From positions 62,001 to 126,000 of the forward strand of contig JAIVFI010000002.1 of NCBI GenBank assembly GCA_025558095.1: a stretch of 64,000 nucleotides of DNA, read 5' to 3'. Shown here piece after piece: positions 55,782 through 64,000 of the stretch. Position numbers and translations under genes: made by a program. Position 1 is the first letter of the stretch. The number at the start of each line of letters is the position of its first letter. Source of the DNA: Hyaloraphidium curvatum SAG 235-1. Its lineage: Eukaryota > Fungi > Monoblepharomycota. The notes below the pieces were generated by a model that made no database searches, had not been told where the DNA came from, and saw nothing but the letters and a program-made list of their open reading frames with translations.

Positions 55782-56740
55782 TCAAGCAATCGTCATGGGC
55801 GTGAGGTCTGCGACCTCTTGGGCTGTATGATTGCCGCCGACATTGGTGATCCAGTTGGCGCCGTCGTTGATGGTGGCCAGCGCCGCCGCCTGCGAGGCGA
55901 AGCTGGTCCCCTTGCTGCGGTCGTAGTAGCCCCAGTCGGTGCTTGGAGTGATTGCCACGGCGGTTTGCCCCGCCACGAGGCCCGTGCCTTGCAGACTGGT
56001 GCCGAAGCCACCCGATTCGGTGGTGACGGCGGCCAGGAAGGTGCCCGGAGCCTGGGCAAGGTAAGCGTAGACGGTGCTGCCTCCGGAAGAGAGCTGCATG
56101 ATGGCGGGGTTGCTGCCACCGGTGGAACCCTGGCCGGTGCTAGCGACTACGCTCGTGGGGGTACCGCTGCCCGTATCGGCGCCGATCGAGACCACCGTGC
56201 CCTTCGGGACAGGGGCTGTCGTGGTCCACACAATAAAGGTACCTTCCGCGGGGAAGGTCCCGGTCCAGGTGTTGTCGTTGATACTGATCTGGCAGCCCTG
56301 CGGGATGTCGACGGTGGCAAGGAAGGCGACGCGGTCCTGATCACCGCCGTGGGCGACAAAGACGAGGTCGCCCGCGACCAACTCGCTGCATTGCTTGGAG
56401 GCGTACCGGCGGTACAAGCTATGGAGGCCGGTGTAGGCGACGCATGCGACGTGGCCTTTCGGAGCCCCGGGATAGGCGTACTCGCTAGGTCGGTCCGTCA
56501 GCCTGCTACGACGGCAGTTGAGGCGGCTTACCAGAAGTCATTGGAGGAGGGGCATTCACTGCAGCTGCGGCGGAAAAGGACACGAGGGCTCGGCACGCTG
56601 CGCAGCGCGGGACGGCGCGGTCAGCGTTGCCAGCGCCCTCCCTCGACGCGCCGCCGCGACGCCCACGTGGCGGAACTCGCAGGGCAGGCGAAAAGCAGGA
56701 GCGTAGCCACGATGGCGATGACGAGGGTACGCGGGGCCAT
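55782..56740 (-). CDS. Secreted protein with a bacterial-type extracellular beta domain
   Basis: Signal peptide, two introns, then LVAGDLVFV..D..F....DI......INDN.W...EG..WT...GTVV...LS..G..VY...INDGANW. Confidence 0.7.
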
Positions 56741-57143
56741 TGTCGTTGCGAGGGCAAGGCGGCGAGATTGGTCGGGTCGGAATCAATCAACCCTGAAACG
56801 CAGGGACCTGCGGAGGCATTGCGTAAAGCCGGAACGGGTGACCTGACTTCTGCCATCCGATGGCGCCGAAAAGAGCCGGGGAATCTCAACGGAGGAGTGA
56901 GTCTTCTCGTGTGACGATTTTCATTCCACTTTGTGTCGGCCAGCGCTGGGGGGTGCTTTTCCTGTTTCGGCGCCTGCGCAAAGCCACCTCGGCAATTGCG
57001 CCGACAACGACGGGCAGTTGCGCCGCCAGCTCTGGCCTGGTGAAGACTCTGTATTCGATGCGGCTCCAAAGGAAAGAAAACATGATAGCAAAGATGCCCT
57101 ATCGGCAAGAAGTCCGCCCCGTCCCGCCTCAGTAAATCGAATC

Positions 57144-60100
57144 TTAGTCCGTCCTCGTCCTGACGCTCCCGCCCGAAAGCTTGGCCTCCCTCGACACCTC
57201 CTGCGGCCCCAACCCGGCGTACCCCTCCTCCTCCGAGAGCCTACGCAGCGGCGACGGCATCGGCGCCCTCCCCGGCCCCTCGTACCTCCCCGACGACGGC
57301 CTGCCACCCGGCGCCTGAGCCTGCTGCCCCCTCGATCCCGTGTCGACCTGCGGCTCGTAGTACGGCCCCCTCTGCCCGCCGCGGACGTAATCAAACGCCC
57401 CGCTTTCCCACGCCGATCGCTCCTCGCGCTGCGGGGGCGCGGCGTACTCCCTGTACCGCGGCCGCGGCGTCGACACGGGCGCGCGGTCGTCGCGCTCCGG
57501 CTGCTGCTGCTGGGGCTCGTAGGTGAACCTGCGCGGGGTGGAGCGGGCCGGGCTCGGGGTTTCGGGGGTGCTGCTGCGCTCGCCGTACTCGATCCTGCGG
57601 GCGGAGGGGACGGCGGGGCTTTCCGCGCCCGAGGGGATGCGCGAGCGCGGGGGGGTTGCGTAGGCGGCTTGGTCCTGCATGCATACCATGAGCCCGATCA
57701 CCACCGAAACGCATCCAGAAGGACGTACCTCGAGCGTCCTGCCGACGTCCCTGATCCTGCGCTGCATCTCGCGCACGAGGTTGTTCAGGTCCCGGACTTG
57801 CTGCTCCGATTCGCGCGCCTGGTCGTCGAAGGCGCGGGAGAGCCTGCTGAGCTGGATTTCCTTGTCGGCCAGGCGCTGGCGGAGCTCGGCGCGCTCCGAG
57901 ATGGCGTCTGGGGCGACGGGACGAGTCAGCGTTGAAGCGGCGTCCGACGGCAAGGACAGTAAGGACGAACCGTCGAGATCCTTGAGGATGCGCCTGCGCG
58001 TCTGCATCTCCTGGCCGAGGCGATCTTCAAGCTGTGGAATGTCGTCAGTCTTCCTGCTTGCCTGTTTGCAAGTTCGAGCCGATCGACGATCCCACCTCCC
58101 TCGCCACCCTCGTCCTCTCCTCCACGTCCCTCGCCAGCATCCCCGACACCCTCTGCGCCTCCTTCATGTCCCCCCTGAGCATCTCCGCTTCGTCGCGCGC
58201 GCGGCGGAGCTGCTCCCGCGCGAGGTCGAGCTCCGAGGCCTGGGCGCGGAGGTCGCGGTTCTCGCGCTGCAGGTCCTGCAGGGTGCGGACGGTGCGGCGG
58301 GAGGTGGCGTGGGCCTTGGGACGGCATTGCATCGAACACGTGTCAGCTTCCTGATACCGAACGCCGACAGCGATGCGGATCGCCCCACCTGCTGCGCAAC
58401 CAGCTCCAGCTCCCTGATCCTGTCCTCCCTCCCCAACAGCTCGTCCTGCACCTCCCTGGTCCTCGCCTCGACGATCTCCGCCAGCCGCACCACCCGTTCC
58501 TTGAGCGCCTCCTTCTCCTCGTCCACCGCGGGCTGCGGGGGCTGCTCCTGGTAGGTGACCTGCTCCCCGAGGCCGGCCAGGTCCCGCGTCATGCTCCGCA
58601 GGTTCGTGAGCAGCGACCGCACCCTGCCGCCCACCTCGGGCCTCTCCTCCCCCCCGTACCGCACCTCCTCCTCCCCGAATCCCTCCCCCTCTCCCACACC
58701 CTCGCCTCCGGCGAACACCGCCCCCGGCCGCACCGCCGCCGCCGGCACCTCCTCCCTCCCCGGGGTCAGCTCCTCCGCCGGCACCACGTGCGCGACGGGC
58801 TTCACCATCCCCGGCTCCGCCTCGCGCAGCTTGGCCAGGTCGATCGCCTCGGGCGCGAGCTCGGCGGCAGGGATCTTGTGCGCGGGCGGGGTCGGCGACG
58901 GCTGGATGCCCGGGAACGAGCGCGGGGGGGCGGCCGACCCGGAAGCGGCGGCGTTCTCGGCGGCGCGGAGGAATTCCCGCGCCTCGGGCGTGATCGGCCT
59001 GCTGAACACGGCGGCGGGCTCGTCCTGCATGCGCGGCGCGGGCGCTTCCCTCCCGATCGGCAGCGCGGGCGGAGCCGCGCCGGATTCCTTGCGCGCGAGC
59101 TGCGCCGCGACCTGCCTGTACGCCTCGGGGGTCACCGGCCTCTCCGTCTGCACCGCCGCGGGCCCCTGCAGACCCCGATCGCCGCGCGGCACCGCGATGC
59201 CGGACCCGGGCACCTCGTCTTGCGTGCGAGCTCCGGCCCCGGGCGCGGCTTCCCTCCCGATCGGCAGCGCGGGCGGCGCGGCGCCCGACTCCTTCCTCGC
59301 GAGCTCGCTCGCGACCTGCGTGTACGCGTCGGGCTCTTGCGGCCGCGCCATCGGCCCCGCGAGCCTCAGCCCGCCCGCATCGCCGCGGGGCACCGCGATC
59401 CCGGGGCCCGGCAGCTCCTCCTGCACCTCGGGCGCGGCGGCGGGGTGCCTCCCCATCCCGATGCTCGGCAGCGAAGGCGGCGCGGCCTGCGACCCCATGC
59501 GCGCGAGCTCGGCGGCCGTCTGCCTGTATGCCTCGGGGGTGACCGGCCTCTCCGCCAGCGGCCCCAGCTCGGGCGTCGGCACCCTCCGCACCTCCCCCTG
59601 CCGCTCCCTCGCCCCCGTCCCGGGCTCGAGGTGCGCCGCGGGCTCGTACCGCGGCAGCGACGCCGCCTCGCCCACGGGGAGCGCGTTATGCTCCTCCCCT
59701 CCGACCGGCGTCGCGGGGGAGATCGGGGTCGCGGAGCGGGAGGTGGGCGGGATGAAGGGCTCCTCGGCGGCGGTGGGGTAGGCCACGGCCTCGTCGGTGG
59801 GCGTCGGGAGCGCGGCGGCGGGCTGTTGCTGTTCGAAGGCGGGCACGACGGGGGCGGGCTGCATGCCGGCGGCTGCTTCGAAGGCGAGGCCAGACGGCTC
59901 GCCGGTGGACGGGGTGCCTTCAGTCTGGAGAATTGCGCGATCAGATGCATCGGCGGTGCGCGCGGGGAAGGCGAACGCACAGTCTCCCTTCCGCTGTCGG
60001 AGACGATCATCCTGTCCGCCCCCGTCCCTCCCTCTCCCGCGCCCGCTTGCTCCGCATCGAAAGGAAAAGGAGGTTGGGGAGGCGGGATCCCGGGCATCGC

Positions 60101-60712
60101 GGCGTGCTCGGCCGTGGGCGTCGGTTCGGTGACGGAGAAGCCCGGGGCCGAGGTCGGGCTCGAGATGGAGATTTCCGAGGGCGCCTGCGCCAAGCAACGC
60201 CGTCAGCGATCTCCTCGGAGCCTGCGGCCGCGCTCGTACGCACCGAAGTCCCGATTCCCCCCGCCTGCGCCCCCCCGACCGCCACGTCACCCCCTTCTCC
60301 CCCGGCCCCCATGCGTTCCTGCCGCCGGAAATCAGCTCCCCTCCTCCCGCGCCCCCGAGCCGGGCCCGGAGACGCACGTAATGCCGCACGAGCCGTCCTA
60401 CCGTGCCTGCCTCGGGCCCGCTGTGGCGCCGCCCCATGCCCGAGCGGGTGCCTATGGTCGGGTCGCGCGTGGGGCGGCTGAGGACCACGTGCTCGGGCTC
60501 GTCTGCAACGGAGGGCGGTCAGCAATTGCGGGGAGAGGGGAGGGGAGGGGAGGGAAGCTACCCGTGGCCTGGGGCTCCATGGCGGTGCCGGGGTCGGACC
60601 TGCGCGTCGCGGGGCGCTCCTCGGGTTCCAGTTGCTGCGTGCCCCCTGCCGACGGGAAGATGGCGCCGATGGTGTCCTTGAGCCAGCTGCCTGCGGGCTG
60701 CTGCGAGGCCAT
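57144..60712 (-). CDS. Large Pro-rich protein with internal repeats and C-terminal coiled coil
   Basis: MASQQPAGSW start; consecutive minus-strand ORFs joined by short introns; heptad-rich Glu/Arg/Leu segments at about 57730-58620. Confidence 0.65.
58915..59553 (-). repeat. Three to four imperfect coding repeats of about 50-68 aa (RPVTPEAY...LAR..S.AAPP.LP)
   Basis: DNA units such as cttccctcccgatcggcagcgcgggcgg recur near 59045 and 59249. Confidence 0.8.
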
Positions 60713-60835
60713 CGTCGGGGTTGTGGGCGAAGTCAGCGGTCGGTGAAGCCCGGCCAAGGGAACGGACGCACAACACCTTGAGACCTTGCCTCTACCCTCT
60801 GCTCAGCACACCTTCGGACGCCATCGCGTCCGCCG

Positions 60836-61800
60836 ATGCTGCTCCGCCCCTCCGTGCTTTGCCCCTCCCTGCTCCTCGCGCGTCACTTCTCCTCCGCCGC
60901 CCCCCGCCGCGTCCCCGCCATGGACCCGTTCCCGCCCGGCGCGCGCTTCGCCGACCCCGCGTGCCTCGCGTGCCCCGACCCGTGCCCGCCCAAATGGCTC
61001 GTCCCCGACGACGTCAAGCGCGAGATCGACCACGACGGCGGCATCGCGGGGAGCATCAAGCCGTACTCGCGGCACCTGCTCGTATGCGCAGGCAGCGGCC
61101 CCGAGTGGCCCGCACAGGCCGAGGGCGTCGACGCCGTGGGCGGCGCGGCGGCGGCGGTCAAGGCGCTCAAGGGGTCCGTGCCGGGAAAGACGCGTGGGTT
61201 GCCGCCCGGCGCCGCGTTTCCCGTCCTCACGGTGCCCGGACGCGCGCGCGGTTTGCAGTCGTCGGCGCCGCCGAATCCCAACCCGACCTCTTCCCCGCGC
61301 CCCCAACCCCCGGCAACCTCGACCTCCTCCTTCTCCCCGCCATGCGCTCGCTCTCCCTCCCCCCCGCCTCCCTGGACTCCCTCCTCCCCGGGTTCCTCCT
61401 CTCCCCCTCCTCCTTCCCGGGCTCCCTCCCGCTCCCGTACACGCACCTCGTCCTCGTGTGCATCCACGCGCGCAGGGACACGCGGTGCGGCCGCATCGGG
61501 CCGGCGGTCGTCGCCGCCCTGAAGGAGGTCGTGGAGGAGAAGGGGCTCAAAGTAAAGGTGGCGGGCTGCTCGCACGTGGGGGGCCACAAGTGGGCCGGCA
61601 ACGTGATCGTGTACCCCGGTGGGTCCTCTCTTTCGTTTGCCCGGGAACGCAAATGCTGACTGCGTCCGGGCGCGCGGACAGGCGGGGACTGGTTCGGCAG
61701 GGTGCTCCCGCACCACGCGCCCGCCCTCATAGAGGAGTACGTGGGGAAGGGCAACCTGCTCAAGGAGCTGTGGCGCGGGCGGATAGGCGAGGAGGCGTAG
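60836..61800 (+). CDS. Apd1/Aim32-type thioredoxin-like [2Fe-2S] protein (sucrase/ferredoxin-like)
   Basis: IAGSIKPY.RHLLV; VCIHARRDTRCG; SHVGGHKWAGNVIVYP; WFGRV; two introns. Confidence 0.92.
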
Positions 61801-61888
61801 CACGGGGCGACGGATAGATGCAGAGATACCCATTACGACGAGCTCAATCTACAAACGGAACGCCCGCCCTGCCGCCGCACGGGCGCCA

Positions 61889-62702
61889 TCAGGCAGCCGC
61901 CGCCACCGGCGGGACCGAGGTCGGGTAGCCGAGCTGCCCCGGGAAGGGCCCCCCGGCTCCGAACAGGGTGCGCAGCACGATCCCCTTCTTCAGCGTCGCG
62001 TGCGCCTCCCTGCACCACCCCTCGCCCGTGTTCATCGGGTTCGACATTCCGTAGCCGGCGGGGCAGGCGTAGAACGGCGCGCGGCCGTCGAGCGACGCGC
62101 GGCGGGCGAGACGGTCGCAGCAGGCCGCGTTGCGGACCCAGATGCAGCTGGCCGAGTCCTCGGAAAGGCAGGCCGGGATGTCGTCCGGGCCGGTGGTCTT
62201 GACGGGGGTGTAGACGGGGATGCCGTCGCCGTCCGGTTTGTAGGCGATGCTTCAGGGAGGGGAGGCGTCGTCAGGATCGCCGCATCCGGGGCGCCCCCCG
62301 TGGATGGACCCACCAGGTGAACCTCCGTGCGCCGTAATCGACGGAGCCCGCCGGCACGGGCGGGCAGCCCGCCAGGCTCCCGCAGTCGGTCTCGTTGCCG
62401 CCGAGGCTGACCACCTTTGCCGCCTCGACGCACCAGTCGGGCCCGACGCCGGGGGCGGCCAGGCCGGGCGGGCACTCGACGGCCTCGACCAGGCCGTCCG
62501 GCGCGCCGCACGCGCCGGCGGGGAACCACGCGCACTCGCCGGCGCGCGGGCCGAGGCAGACGTTGAGGCCGCGGTGGTTGGGCGCGACGAGCACCGACGC
62601 GGCGTCGGCGCACGACGTGATGCAGCGCGGCGCGGCTGACGCGGCAGGCAGCAGGGCGAGCGCCGCGAGGGCGAGGGACGCGAGCGGGGTCAGCGGGCGC
62701 AT
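61889..62702 (-). CDS. Small secreted protein made of two Cys-rich modules
   Basis: Signal peptide; one intron gives FTCIAY...YTPVK...PACLSEDSASCIW...CC...C...WCREA; ends VAAAA*. Confidence 0.75.
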
Positions 62703-62944
62703 CGCTGGTGGGCAAACGTGTGAGTGGGTTGGTTGGTTTGGCTGGCGAGGATGCGACGCTGCGCCTCCGGCTCTTGAGGGCGGGCGCGGAAACTTGTGGC
62801 GGGGATATCCGCGCCCTGACTCATTTCGGCGTTTCCGCGCCCCTGCGCCCCAGGCGCATAAGGACAGCAGGGGACGCCCTCCGCCGCTCACTCACCATCT
62901 CTCGCCCCCGAAGTGCGACAAGCCCCGAACCACTCGCCTCCCCG

Positions 62945-64000
62945 ATGCCAGCGCGCCGCAACCGCCCTCGCGCCCCGGCCGCGTTGGCCGTGTCCGCGAT
63001 GCTCCTCCTCGCGGGGGGGACCGCCCTCGCCAGCGACACCGTCGACATGCAGGTTCTGTGGGTGTCCCGCTCGTGCCGCCGCTCCATGGCACCCGATGAC
63101 CGGCGACCGCCCGCAGCGTCCTGAACATGGTCGACCAGACCGTGCTCTACGAAGTGCACGGAAACGGCGGACAGAGCGCCGTCATCCCGCCGCTCAACTG
63201 CTATTCGTTCTACGGTCCCGCCTTCGACAACGGCGCGTGCTATGCCTCGGCCGAGAACGGCACCAACACGGGCTACACGGGCTTCAACTGGGAATCCAGC
63301 GTGCCGGCGGTGGTGGGCCCGTACGACAACGGCGGCTCGTGCTGCGGCGGCACCTACGCGGGCTGGTACTACATGAAGCCTTACGGGAGCAGTAGCTCCT
63401 ATGGACCTGGCGCAATCTCCGGTACCCTCTACGGGTATCCTGGCGAGTGGTACAACTCCTACTCGTCACGCATGACCTGGGACTTGTCGAGCACCGGCCA
63501 GGTCGAATGGGCAGACGTGGCGTATGTGCCCTACGTCCTGGCCTACACGGGCAGCGGCTCGACGACGCCGCTCATCTCCCCGGTTTACGCCATGTCGAGC
63601 TCCTGCGCCGCCTATGGAGAAATGGCCTTGCTCGGCGCATCCGCTTCCGAGGAGCTTCTCAAGACCGCGATCAAGAGCACGCCGATAATGGACGAGTTCA
63701 GCCCCGTCTATTTCTCGTTCACGTACGGCTGCACGTCGGGCCTGCCCAAACCCACGAACCTCAACTGCAAGAATTCCGGCTCGGGTCCCATGATTCTCAT
63801 AGCCGGCAACGCTGCCCTGAACTACGCAGGTGGCAACTACATGATTGCGGAGAACATCAACTACGATGCCGCCATGATGATGATCCAGACGGCGGGGGCC
63901 ATCCTGAACAACCTCATCACCACCGCCGACGGGATGAGCATGAACGTCACCTCTTCGACGCTGGTCGCGAACGACGTCTACGGGGCACTGTACCAGGGCT
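62945..64000 (+). CDS. Secreted Tyr/Gly/Ser-rich protein, truncated by the window edge
   Basis: Signal-like N-terminus; intron about 63058-63116; open frame VLNMVDQTVLYEVHG... to the end of the window. Confidence 0.7.

Noticed and set aside
1-64000. Prokaryotic origin, CRISPR arrays, tRNA/rRNA genes
   Set aside because: Spliceosomal introns and U1 genes show a eukaryote; no spaced repeats, cloverleafs or rRNA motifs were seen by eye.

Overview
This is eukaryotic nuclear DNA: very GC-rich, gene-dense, with many short (about 45-70 nt) GT-AG introns and CTGAC/CTAAC-type branch sites. A C2H2 + fungal middle-homology transcription factor, fungalysin, Bsd2 and Apd1 point to a fungus. Genes that Dikarya usually lack (TYSND1/DEG15, SEC22A/C-type, 7TMIC-like) suggest an early-diverging lineage such as Monoblepharidomycetes; this is inference only. 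About 32 protein genes can be reconstructed by hand-splicing the ORF track. The main feature the ORF track misses is two identical U1 snRNA genes (5851-6016 and 11103-11268), each inside a 735-bp near-perfect direct repeat. The repeats bracket or adjoin a run of three co-oriented genes that all end in PTS1-type tripeptides: TYSND1/DEG15 (-AKL), a plant-type Deg/HtrA-PDZ protease (-ARL) and a double-hotdog thioesterase (-PKL). Other highlights: two apparently catalytically dead epoxide-hydrolase-fold paralogues; a gustatory-receptor-like 7TM candidate; an amidohydrolase with an embedded ubiquitin C-terminus (VLRLRGG); a PTS2-tagged GST; a SNARE-less Sec22; a divergent ferric reductase/Reeler pair; several bacterial-looking genes that have acquired introns; and an unnamed Cys-rich module shared by two secreted proteins. 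All family calls come from motif recognition by eye, with no database searches, and all splice models are predictions.
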